This document shows, in pieces, positions 12,601 through 21,093 of a DNA stretch of 60,302 nt. The position numbers and the translations under genes were made by a program. The DNA is taken from NCBI GenBank assembly GCA_001687465.1, contig LVLI01000066.1:62001-122302 (forward strand). The letters run 5' to 3'. Source of the DNA: Halocafeteria seosinensis. Taxonomy: Eukaryota. A model generated the notes under the pieces. The model ran no database searches, was not told the DNA's origin, and saw only the letters and a list, made by a program, of their open reading frames with translations. Each line of letters starts with the position of its first letter. Within the stretch, counting starts at the first letter, position 1.

Positions 12601-14066
12601 TGTGTATAGAAAGAGATCGTGGACGCTGTGTTGAATGTTTGCTAAGCGCCACGCAACTGAGTAACAGTATCATCCCTACGGCTGACATGGGAGAGGTCGC
12701 TATCAAAGACGTAGTGAAATTAGATGCGATCCATTGCTTGGAGCCTCTTGTATCTTCCTGTGTGGAAAAATTTTCTTCCGAAATTGTTGGGTTGAGGGAA
12801 GAGCACATCTTCTTGGCCGCAAAATATGGTTCGGAGCCCGTTCTACGGACATCAATCTCCAGACTGAAGATACAACCCTCACGATTATTCACGGAGCAAG
12901 GACATTATTCTTTACTATTCTTGGCGGCTTTGAATGGTCATGACGAGTTAATGAAATCTCTTATGGAAGACTTTGACATTAACGCACATCAAGGAGTCTC
13001 AAAGCATCGCGAAAGTGTTTTGTTTGCGGCAGCCCTGAGTGGAAATGTGAATTGTCTAAAACAATTGCCAAATTCCGATGTAGCATATCTTAGGAAGAAA
13101 AAGACGTCGTATAAACTGTTACCTCTTCATGCGGCTTGTCTAATGGACTCTTCGGAATGTATTAAATTCTTAATGCCCACTGAACCTTGGTTGGACGACA
13201 ACAGCCAGAAGACGAGGCTGAGGATCCACCCAGAGTGGCTACGCGATCTCCCTGATACTGTCTCGTTGCCTCGCGAGTTAACTGAGCACATTGTTCATGA
13301 TGGGCGGCGCAACAGAAATGTCCATATGGTCGAGGTGAATGCAAAGACTATTGTTGATAATCTATTCAAAGCGCTACCTACATACACGTCTGTCTCAAGA
13401 CTCTCAACTGACACCCGTAGTACGTATGATGATCATCATCATTATCAACAGCAGCATAATTACGATGACGATCATAATTTCAGTAACAACAGTGCATATA
13501 CACCGAGTACGACCCCAGAACATGACAACCAAGAAGAGGATGGGTTTGAGTTATTGGGTATGAGTTTGTGCAACCAATCCACAATTACAGATGATGCGTT
13601 CCGACATATTGGGCAATTATCACACTTGCAACACTTGTTTATGAATGAGTGCGATCAATCCACGATTACAGATGATGCGTTCCGATATATTGGGCAATTA
13701 TCACAGTTGCGAAGATTGGATATGATTGGATGCAATCAATCCACGATTACAGATGATGCGTTCCGACATATCGGTCAGTTACCACACTTGCAAACATTGT
13801 GGATGAATAGGTGCAACCAATCTACGATTACAGATAATGCGTTTCGACATATTGGGCAATTATCACAATTGCAAAGACTGTGGATGATTGGGTGCGATCA
13901 ATCCACGATTACAGATGATGCGTTCCGACATATTGGTCAATTATCACAACTGCAAACATTGTGGATGATCGGGTGCAATCAATTTTCAAAGGATGCGTTC
14001 CGACATGTCCATCATTTGTCCCATTTGAAAATACATGGGAAGATAGCCGCAACAAAAGATAGCTAG
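6621..14066 (+). CDS. Membrane-anchored NLR-like STAND protein: TM segments, unknown N-terminal domain, NACHT, ankyrin-like repeats, 41-aa Cys repeats, ankyrin-like repeats, His/Gln linker, LRR
   Basis: Intronless ORF of about 2480 aa from ATG 6621. Hydrophobic segments WMNIIALVGTLLFFLAAA and WLVWVIRILVPSGVLGFLG; Walker A GPAGVGKTT; Walker B VLFLLDGCDE; winged-helix YEFIHRSYWEYF; ankyrin-like LLFLAALNGH and LPLHAAC; C-terminal 27-aa LRRs. Confidence 0.9.
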   Translation: MRGSRIQARFEEEKDHQTPPACSEEHTTTTTTSTLRRQHGMRRLGSVSSKWRWMNIIALVGTLLFFLAAATLELQPPADPEPGSQFLRHTSAHKDDANVEASVRRRNLSPLEMSFLPEWLVWVIRILVPSGVLGFLGRWMWKWCLIHQYRKDDPFCYRVATELGLDSTTYARADPNDMDAPTDYRPHLLRQYLMDNLQLLVVWSPGQNSFVPLISYLHDNRDQIRHVCACRGSGVNDLASSFAGALQHGVGNSIEQSQAGALTPVLAVQKFRLIRGGCCRRLLCLGRVIEPWALEPSHCPDLKHDVFLRWCGGIASSGEYASLVKIARPPVSLSIKCDDIMDPDYIPVNVVWDNTQSESAWTSIIGEQKIMISLEPAQTGTPCPVEFVAKTAGGIPDRRRSLESPTQLSLERLKQGNYGLRLTPNALIERPSNEHGNTPFYVHAFVESTDNYRLGQLNNVREYHELQCSSWEHPLVKQAEYRERLRRWCNNPSNNSIVQPIQSPQGWLNFPAVTSVENNYFNDEPGWKWEAGEEPFWTNLAPTSDMFISLCEHSPIELCRGDSNRISVDHLISCPQKISVHPTEASLYSNNENPRRVPFEFHLQCSHKMHAGIEQTRLFVFSYIANTNRSEVRFDWSKLPPLFKCDFLRLLYRSWRLHRLFSHDREKYLGTKERPMLNDCYQKLTLLDKHSKNPNEETQTREINATELLSLPSSNGKWVLFEGPAGVGKTTLFKHFAQSWSLSGNEAEENEIGRLLRDKFSWIICIQLYHLMDIECHDSAADGETYLGSLLSKSFLALKESLKGNDSSQQISKEEGKRIVEHILKNGKDVLFLLDGCDEVKNNPFSAKSHGNKAFTALRQTAATVLVSSRFSSHTASRDQYGILLAAKYINYFVEVEGLQPEARRGFIQHYAAECYSDKRNRLKLYRNLQLSFRLNDRLKELSSNPTLLEGICFVYVESEGRFFESTTKDFRVTPIYDRTVHHLLDKWWRSYTSSADEDPCKIAKKILEDVASQVDRDDGYTDKQIPLKLLQEAFDSHRRKFRGPLKRLRGPSEFFEGVGLLQIVCPSGDENQTYEFIHRSYWEYFLARQQFKTVDPRNVESLVEGGSRLGDRFMDFVVSLFSEHQNLEAVTTLLCSLHRSLTGQEDEASRGRSRFVELLLEVDPGALEQISLSEITCTAEEMKLLLFCAGQVGSLRLIRWILDNCSDSSVNRLELNQIALAGAVKGARFDCCRAVLDTLETKFYLITDVAWSPIYIASRDGCALCLQLLLSWLLARPNLPAIADSVRHESLKIAGQQNHDRCTSLLLIWCEGNIDDCNAPVLSDFWFSLNREERISNAKHYLDCFDDLVEALQDENVDRLYALNDDGKDVSLQFSRRGQENCYSPAWVAVALDKPNTILPLYTCNATIDEVLPSRRIKLMFQEICSTSTSSEMECLLDKELSVDEETELTPYVLASSLGRLDCVEALEQTKVSLKNDAALGLGPLRAAARTGQLACLKHFLEAGRIYIDTEVIKDSILFDRDETFEFLLSQGSQWAITIDFIGYCFQLCLEQRSIGCLELLLANEWKDQLCQHGQSNEGEVMSQCLHICLDEDSGRCLGALLSTKQWRDAVCRHEGFHMEELVYQCFQLSMEKDNTKCLEELLDVDEWRQLLYQHAGYNEGEFLDHCFQLCIEHDKNKCLVHLIGSERWRGSLCQFNGCSENGLINSCFQSCLNKDSRKCLVELLSTTQWKDMLCEQERLTFEELIGSCFQSCLGNDRGKCLVELLNTSQWKDLLCEQMGCSFTELIGSCLEKDSGKCLVELLNTSQWKDLLCEQMGCSFTELIGFCFQSCLEKDSVRCLVELLNASQWKTLLCEQKGCSFTELIGSCFRSCLEKDSVKCLVELLNVSQWKNLLCEQKGCSFTELIDSCFRSCLEKDSEKSLVELLNASQWNDILCEQEECSFTELIDSCFWSCLESDSGKCLVELVSTSLWTDMLCEQGESVEDFTVRCFRLCIERDRGRCVECLLSATQLSNSIIPTADMGEVAIKDVVKLDAIHCLEPLVSSCVEKFSSEIVGLREEHIFLAAKYGSEPVLRTSISRLKIQPSRLFTEQGHYSLLFLAALNGHDELMKSLMEDFDINAHQGVSKHRESVLFAAALSGNVNCLKQLPNSDVAYLRKKKTSYKLLPLHAACLMDSSECIKFLMPTEPWLDDNSQKTRLRIHPEWLRDLPDTVSLPRELTEHIVHDGRRNRNVHMVEVNAKTIVDNLFKALPTYTSVSRLSTDTRSTYDDHHHYQQQHNYDDDHNFSNNSAYTPSTTPEHDNQEEDGFELLGMSLCNQSTITDDAFRHIGQLSHLQHLFMNECDQSTITDDAFRYIGQLSQLRRLDMIGCNQSTITDDAFRHIGQLPHLQTLWMNRCNQSTITDNAFRHIGQLSQLQRLWMIGCDQSTITDDAFRHIGQLSQLQTLWMIGCNQFSKDAFRHVHHLSHLKIHGKIAATKDS
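11256..12658 (+). repeat. 123-bp (41-aa) Cys-rich coding repeat, about 12 units
   Basis: Period measured between units at 12102 and 12225 is 123 bp. Central units are near-identical, and one unit lacks 12 bp (CFQS). Confidence 0.9.
13569..14030 (+). repeat. 81-bp LRR tandem array, 5 full units plus a terminal unit
   Basis: Units start at 13569, 13650, 13731, 13812 and 13893, with a terminal unit at 13974. Confidence 0.95.
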
Positions 14067-14143
14067 GCATGTCTACATTCGCCGTGGGATTCATTACGAA
14101 GGCGTATGAGTACAGGTTTAGTGCACGCTGATGTATAGTGAGC

Positions 14144-14378
14144 AGGATCGCAGACGTCGCTCGTTCGCACCGTGCCAGCTTGTGCTTGTACTGGCCGGCG
14201 AGCTGGAGCTCGATGGAGTAGCACTTGCAGGTGATGTAAAGCTGCATGAAGGAGTCTCTGACCATGTCGTTGTCACTGGTGGTGTGGCCCTCGGTGATGG
14301 AGTAGCGGATGGAGACGTCGTTTCCGGATTTGCCCTGTTGTGTTGGGACATTGAAATGGCCCTTACCGTATATCGGGG
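14144..14378 (-). other. About 235-bp insertion encoding a Ser/Thr/Pro-rich (mucin-like) fragment in the 3' flank of NLR copy 2
   Basis: The flanks (tgtatagtgagc ... aacgtaaac.agaactat) match the copy 1 flank at 4555-4625, which lacks this segment. The minus strand reads ETTSPSATPSPRATPPVTTTWSETPSCSFTSPASATPSSSSSPASTSTS. Confidence 0.65.
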
Positions 14379-15515
14379 ATAAATCATTCAGGGAAACTCG
14401 AACGTAAACGAGAACTATAGAGTACATTAAGTTTAAACAGTTCGGAGGTATTGCGGTTAATCTTAAGGTGTCGCCCATCTAAAATGTTACATTTCTCAAT
14501 CTTATCTTCACGTGTACTGTTCGTAGTAAAATCAGCAACTTTGCAGGCTGAACCGAATGCCATTGATTACTGCCGAATATTCACCGTCTTACGCAGTGGC
14601 TTACCTCACCTCGACACTTCTAAACCTGGTTGCTCATGTGTAAACTCAGAATGTTCTTCAGTTAACAACTCCAGGATCTTCGCTTTTCGGTTTTAACCGG
14701 AACCTTGCTGCCCTCAGTCTGGTTTCTCCATTAGCCTTGGCTCTTCCTCGGATTCATGTGCTTCTTCATCCTGAGTATGCTGGGGTTGCGAAGCTGATTG
14801 CTGGAGTGTTGTTTTGTCTCTTCCTTTCTGCAGGTTATGCTCAAAGTTATCAGTATTCGCCTTGCTTCTGGGGCTTCAAACTTCTCCTCCGCAACACGTC
14901 GCCCGGCTTGTGGGCGAAAAGTATTCGTCAGTTGCCTATGCGACAGCTCTTCCACTTTGGAAGTGACGGTCGCTTCTTCGCGGGATCATGTATGAACCTG
15001 ACCCACCTTTCGACCACATGCTCTTAGCTGATCCACTGGTACATTTCGAAGTGCTTGAGCGCGCTGTTCTCAACTTTTTCACAAGCAGTACCTTCGTTAG
15101 GAACGCCAGTGGTGACGTTTTCCTCAACGATTTCCTTCCTGGAACGTGGTTGGCTGACCTGCCGCTACATTTGGAAGAACTTGGATGCGCTCGTTTCAAC
15201 TTCTTGGCAACGGTGGAAGACGGACTTGCCTCGTTTGTTCTTCTAGTTTTCAGCCACTCTCTGGGAATGTTGGATGTCCGGACCGAATACTTCTTCATCT
15301 TTTGGCTCTCAAGATTTGGAGCTTTGGTAAACTGTTTGTAGATGTCTGCTCAATTGCCTAAGGCAAACTGCGAACGAGTTCTGAGTTCTGATATTGCTGT
15401 AACAAGATACTTCCTCGAGCAGCTAGAGTCTCGAACCAGCTTGTCCGGTTGAACCGGTTACGTAGTATAAATACTTGCTTGCCCCACAATGCTTGCTCTC
15501 ACTACCGTCTTTCCC

Positions 15516-18026
15516 CTAGACGGTAACACCGAACACACTGCAAGCACGATCTCCCACGGGTGATGGTAAATCTTTGCTGCTGTCGCATTCCACTAGCTCG
15601 GCGTCGGCTAACAACAAGTAACCAGGTGGGATACCAGAGAGAGAAACGGTGGATCGAAGTGTGCTTGTGTCACTTTTGACACACTCGGAAGACTGTAGAA
15701 AGTCCATCACAGGTAGCGATGTCAGCGAGGAAGATTTTGACAAGTCCACTCCATAAACATGGACTATCACACCGAGATTGGCTGGTACATTAGCAATGGA
15801 AGATACGCCTTCCAAACTTGGAGAGGTTAGTTGGGTTACCAACGTAACCGGCTGCACAATGTTCTTACTCGTCGGAGGAGCGTCTTTAGAGCTTGCATTA
15901 TACGATTGAAGTATCGCATCTCTCGTTAGCGGATGAGAAAAGTCCATTAGAGACTCCCAGTATTGCCATGACAGCTCTCCAAGGGAGTAATCCCTGTTCC
16001 CCGCGTTATCGTTTAGCCAGCGTCTCTTCGAGTCACTCCAAGCCATCGAACCAACTATCGATCCATGCTTGGGAGATACGATGTCGATCTTCCACTGATT
16101 CTCTGATCCCGCAGAGGCGGATGCCGCTCGCTTACGCAACCGTTCACATTGTTCAGACGCTTCAGTAATCAGCGCTTGCCTTAGTCGTGGAGGTTGATGT
16201 CCCCATGCCAAGGGGCGGCAGGTAAAGAAAATTCCATGCTGTTGCTGAGGATCGCAGACATGAGCGACCCGTGGGCGAAAACTCTGGAAGATGGATGACA
16301 TAGAGCTCCACGAAGCTGCGTCCAAGCTTTCGCGAAAACTGTGCGCTTCTTGATCAGGACTACGGAACCAGCGACCATTAACGTTCACTAATTGCTTTAG
16401 AACACTATGACGACAATGTTCTAATCGCCACTGACTCGGCCCAACTGAGCCTTCGAGATAGAGCAAACCAAACGAATCCGTATGGAAGTTAAATCCCGCA
16501 CATTCAGTAGCTGAGAGAAACGTGTATACAATGTTCGACTGTTGCCAATTATCATATAAGCCGCCATGCCCACGGAGTTCGTTTAGCATAGGGCCCGCAG
16601 TCGGTAGATTGTTGTGTTGGTGCGCGCGGATAATGGCAAATATCCCATTTTCCTGGAACCACGCTTTTGTGATAGGTTTACCAAAGATGAAGCCGCGGCC
16701 TGGGGTATACGCGAGGTCTTCATTCTCATCATGTACAAAGAAATCTGACCACATGAATCCGTTGGACACGTCCAATTTCGTCGGCTTCTGAGGCCAATGT
16801 CTCCCGTATTTGGGTGGGGATTCGTACACCCTTCCATAGTCTGAAAACAACTTTTGAAATCGCTTTCTCAAATTCCGTTGTTCAGTAAAACGGTTCCACC
16901 ATTGCTGGCGTAAAAGCGAGGGAATGGTTGAATACTGTGTCCTAACGTCCGACTCTCGCAAATATAGCATATTCGATCCCCCATCGACTAAGAATTCCAA
17001 AGGAGCATACCCCACTTCCAGACCTCCATGGCAGGCCTGAATGTACTGCGGATCGTTCTTAGCCCATTCACCGGCTAGTGTACGTGAATTAGCTTGCCCC
17101 ACAAATATCGCCATCGGCAGAAGATCATAGAAACGGAACACTTTCGTAAGATTATCTGTTGACGTCCGCGGAAATTTCCCTACTAACTCGTCATAAAATG
17201 TGCCCATTACGTTTTGCGGCTTATCTTCGTGATTTCCCCGAGAGAAAAACATGTTTTCTGGATTCGCTGCCTTGAGACGTAGTAACGTGGCAAACACCTC
17301 TACCCCGTATGCGCCTCTATCGACATAGTCTCCTAAACATATCATGAAAAACTTTGCTTTCCACTCATCACGGATGCGGAAGGTATCATCCAGGTATCCC
17401 ATATCTACTAAACCAGCTAGCTCTCTCAATAGGCTATGAACGCTGCCGTGGAGATCTCCAAACGTAGCCACCACTGCGTCTTGCGGGAGTAGTAATTTCT
17501 GGACAAACGGTAACAGAGCTTCTTCTTCTTCCGAACCTTTTCCCCTGCCTCTGTAGGAAGTTCGTGCATTCAAGTTGGTAAAATGTGTCTCTTGGAGAAA
17601 TTGTCGAGTATCCCAATTCGGAGGAAGTCTGGAATCCTGGTCATACCAAGATTTCTCATCCATCATTTGTTTCTCCACGAGCCCAGCTACTTCTTCTAAG
17701 AGTCCAAAAAATTCCTTCCATGATACCGATCCTTCCCAAAAACGCTTCTCTCGTATGGTATAGGCTCTGTCATTAATGGCCACTTGGACCTCCGTTTCCG
17801 ACATTCCTTGCAAATCAGCGTGATCAAAGCACGGCAAGCGCTCAAACGAGTACCGTATCCACTGGGAAAGGTTCTGCATATTCTTGGGCACAATATTGCC
17901 CATTGAGGGAGCCGAAGAGGCTCCACGAGGAGCCTCATGGCCCTGTTGTAGTGTTGATTCAGCGCTCGATACGGTCAGAATCAGGGCCAATCCCAGCACC
18001 AAATACAATTTGTGCACCACTACCAT
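15516..18026 (-). CDS. Secreted PPP-family (calcineurin-like) Ser/Thr metallophosphatase with C-terminal extension
   Basis: Motifs GDLHG, GDYVDRG, RGNHE, CHGG and IRAHQ; N-terminal signal peptide LYLVLGLALILTVSSA; intronless. Confidence 0.9.
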   Translation of the reverse strand: MVVVHKLYLVLGLALILTVSSAESTLQQGHEAPRGASSAPSMGNIVPKNMQNLSQWIRYSFERLPCFDHADLQGMSETEVQVAINDRAYTIREKRFWEGSVSWKEFFGLLEEVAGLVEKQMMDEKSWYDQDSRLPPNWDTRQFLQETHFTNLNARTSYRGRGKGSEEEEALLPFVQKLLLPQDAVVATFGDLHGSVHSLLRELAGLVDMGYLDDTFRIRDEWKAKFFMICLGDYVDRGAYGVEVFATLLRLKAANPENMFFSRGNHEDKPQNVMGTFYDELVGKFPRTSTDNLTKVFRFYDLLPMAIFVGQANSRTLAGEWAKNDPQYIQACHGGLEVGYAPLEFLVDGGSNMLYLRESDVRTQYSTIPSLLRQQWWNRFTEQRNLRKRFQKLFSDYGRVYESPPKYGRHWPQKPTKLDVSNGFMWSDFFVHDENEDLAYTPGRGFIFGKPITKAWFQENGIFAIIRAHQHNNLPTAGPMLNELRGHGGLYDNWQQSNIVYTFLSATECAGFNFHTDSFGLLYLEGSVGPSQWRLEHCRHSVLKQLVNVNGRWFRSPDQEAHSFRESLDAASWSSMSSIFQSFRPRVAHVCDPQQQHGIFFTCRPLAWGHQPPRLRQALITEASEQCERLRKRAASASAGSENQWKIDIVSPKHGSIVGSMAWSDSKRRWLNDNAGNRDYSLGELSWQYWESLMDFSHPLTRDAILQSYNASSKDAPPTSKNIVQPVTLVTQLTSPSLEGVSSIANVPANLGVIVHVYGVDLSKSSSLTSLPVMDFLQSSECVKSDTSTLRSTVSLSGIPPGYLLLADAELVECDSSKDLPSPVGDRACSVFGVTV

Positions 18027-18219
18027 CACTTTCTACCTATCTAAGTATCGTGCTCAACATTATCATGGGATCATTCTATCCAGTAGAATGACAATACGGG
18101 GAGTATTATACACTACAATGTGACTACATAACGTGTATCACGCTCTTGGAACATAACTTCAACTTCTTGTCGTATTTAGAGCCTTGGCAGCCTTGTACGA
18201 GAGGCTGTACACAATTACA

Positions 18220-19045
18220 CTAGGCTAGATAGTTAGGAATCAATCCAGTGAGAGACAGTGAACCTAAGACGGAGAGTGCAATGAGCCCTATAATAGCAAC
18301 GTCGCCCCCGAGAGCCCCCATCAGTCGCCCTTTGGGACCTCCGGAACGGTATCCAATGGAGTACATGATACGCGACACGAGGTATAGGGATCCTACCATA
18401 GATGCGTATAGAGGGTAGAAAATTCCACTAATGAGCTGCAAACCAAAGGCGACGAACACTTGTTGAGAGGTTTCTATTGTACACAACAACGTTCGACCTG
18501 AAACTCACCAGCAGGACTTCCACCGTAGGAAGCAATTCTAGGTTATTGTAATGCCCTCTTTGAGCATTATTCAGACGATACCATTCTTCATACGTGAGCG
18601 CGTTGCTGTAGCGACCGGAGCCCATGTCAGGGTAACCTGTGGTCAATTATTTCCATAATGAATACCCCCCAGCTCCGTTGTAACATCCACGCTTCGGATA
18701 GTACATACCAAGGTCCGAGATGGCGTTTTGTCCAGTGGCCTTCTTATGCTCCTCATTCAAACTCTGCACTTCACGTCTGGAATGGAAGTCCTTGGAATCT
18801 GCGGACAAAGACACAATGAGCTCTCGTCGAGACGGTAAGGTTGCCAACGCGCCCAACCTACTGAAGACTTCCTTCCTCGCTTTCATCACAGGCACGCATG
18901 ATAGTATGCACTGCAGCCCAATCCCGATGGCTACCAAGAACACCTGCATCGTAAACGAGTATTCAGGGAGTCAGAGTCGTAAAGGCGAGGTAAACATCTT
19001 CCTTCGACCTACATAACCGTGTTCGGGGGCAAGTTGGACTTCCAT
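18220..19045 (-). CDS. MAPEG family microsomal glutathione S-transferase (MGST3-like), multi-exon
   Basis: Spliced pieces read MEVQLAPEHGY / VFLVAIGIGLQC...MKARK / GYPDMGSGRYS...NNAQRGHYNNLE / YLVSRIMYSIGYRSGGPKGRLMG. Confidence 0.9.
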
Positions 19046-19379
19046 AATTGTCAAGCAGATTTTTTTTTTTTCTTTTCCACTCGTTCAAGTGATCTTATGA
19101 ATCGCGCTTTCCACAAAAATCGTCCCAACCAAACAATCGCTCTAATTTGCTTGGTATAGCTTGGATAACGCGATATTGAGTCGCCGACTCGCCTTCACAC
19201 TTGCAACTTCAAGGCGCGATCCAAAGGACACCCAATGTCATTACAGCGATACCGTATCGGCTTGATTGACGCAGATACGCAGCTACGTTTACGTTTCCCA
19301 AGGAAGCGCAGCGGGTGTCCGAAAATCCTCCTGTTTATTAGTGTGTATCAGTGGACGCAAAGCTTAAGCATTGAGTACG

Positions 19380-20550
19380 ATGACTTCAGAAGACAAGATT
19401 AGCAAAGTGAAGCTCCCCCCCATTAAATGGGCCCAGAGGAAAGACTCCGTGTATATCACCATCGATATACCCGACGCCGAGGTCAAAAAACTCGACTTAC
19501 AGGGGAAATCCCTGGACTTCCAGTAAGTCCAATGTTCCCTCCCTCTGTCGAATATTGGAACATCTCCCAAAACGACAAAAAGGGTCCGGGGTTGGGAGGT
19601 CCCTTTGTCATCCCCGGGACTGAGGTACAAAGGGTCCGACCCCCCTCGGTGTCCCATCATTTTGTTCGATAATGGAGTTGTGAGCCATATGGAACGATAA
19701 TGAAGCCATGGGGAGTAACCTTGATATTGTCTCTATTGTATGCAGTGCTGTCTCGAAAGGAACGGAGTACCAGTGCAAACTGGAATTCTACAAGGAACTA
19801 GATCCGAACGACGAGGTAAGTTTATCTTTCAGATTGTTCGATGAAGTGAATTCGTCATATTTAGCTGCTATATGGACTCTCGGGTAACTCCCAAAGTACC
19901 GGCGCATAGGTTGACTTGGGTGTGCATGTATTCACGTCTTTTTTTTTCTTTGGTTTTGGGAACTTGCAGAATAGCAAATATGACATCAAGCCCCGTGAAA
20001 TTCACTTCCACATCATGAAGGTAAGCTCAATGAAGTTTGCAATGATTCATGATGAACTTGATTGATTTGACGATTACAGAAAGAAAAAGAGGATGAATAT
20101 TGGCCTCGCTTGCTCGAAGACAAGAAACTGGAAAAGACACATATTTCCATTGACTGGAGCCGCTTCGTGGACGAGGATGAAGAAGAAGGCGGATTTGATC
20201 TAGGCGACATGTCTGGTGGTGGAATGAACTTTGCTGACATGATGGGTGGAGGTGGCGGCGGTGGAGCCGGTGGAATGGATATGAACGCACTTCAACAGAT
20301 GATGGGACAAGGTGGAGGTGGTGAAGGTGGCGCCGGTGGCATGGATATGAACGCACTGCAACAGATGATGGGACAGCAAGGCGGCGGCGGTGGTGAAGGT
20401 GGAGCTGGTGGCATGGATATGAACGCGCTTCAGCAAATGATGGCACAACAAGGTGGTGGCGGCGGCGGCGAAGGCGGCGACGATGACAGTGATGATGAAG
20501 AGTTGCCCGATTTGGAAGGTGAAGACCAAAATAAGGGTCAACAAAAGTAA
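19380..20550 (+). CDS. HSP90 co-chaperone p23 (PTGES3/SBA1-like), multi-exon
   Basis: CS-domain motifs PPIKWAQRKDSVYITI, YWPRLL and IDWSRFVDEDEEE; GM-rich and acidic tail ending DDSDDEELPDLE. Confidence 0.92.
20266..20470 (+). repeat. Three coding repeats GAGGMDMNALQQMMxQ-G(n) in the p23 tail
   Basis: atggatatgaacgc occurs three times, separated by Gly runs. Confidence 0.9.
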
Positions 20551-21093
20551 TCACCGTAGCCTTTCGCCGAAACACTATCTACGTTAACCCAAATGTGGGG
20601 GCTTTCTGTGTTAGGAACTACTAGTACCGTTCAGGTCGCTGTATATACGAGGTAGCAGCCAAACCAAAGCACGCAGCAGATTATAGCATCAAAGGGAAAG
20701 TGCCAGTTTTTAGTGCCTATGTTTATTTGATTGACTTGCGCTTTAGTCTTTATAATGGTGTTGTTGTAGTATCCTTTCACAGATGCTCTCTTTTTCTTGC
20801 AGCTGTAGGTAGTGGTCCCAAAGAATCAAAACACACTGTACGGCAGTTCCTGCCTCTTGGTAAATAGGTGAGACTGGGCAGCATGGCCTTGCGTCCAACT
20901 CCCGCCCGGAGGGCGTATAACTTAATTGCGTCAGTCAGTCGGTCCATCACCAGGGAGGTCCCCGCGTCGATCAATCAATTACGGGCGTTGGGTTTCATAA
21001 TCCAAGATGTTTTGACTTGATTCGGATTGTTTAGATTTTTTTCCCCACCACCACAGTTCTTGTTTGTAGCTTGTGCTTGTTCTGCATAAGACC

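Noticed and set aside
3850..14030. Diversity-generating retroelement as an explanation for LRR variability
   Set aside because: No reverse transcriptase or template repeat in the window, and the substitutions do not appear adenine-specific.
14560..15460. E/K-rich coding-like sequence on the minus strand (ORFs 14731-14955 and 14936-15298)
   Set aside because: Multiple stops and frame changes with no identifiable family; probably a relic, so not called.
20027..20575. His/Arg-rich antisense ORF
   Set aside because: Shadow of the Gly/Met-rich p23 tail.
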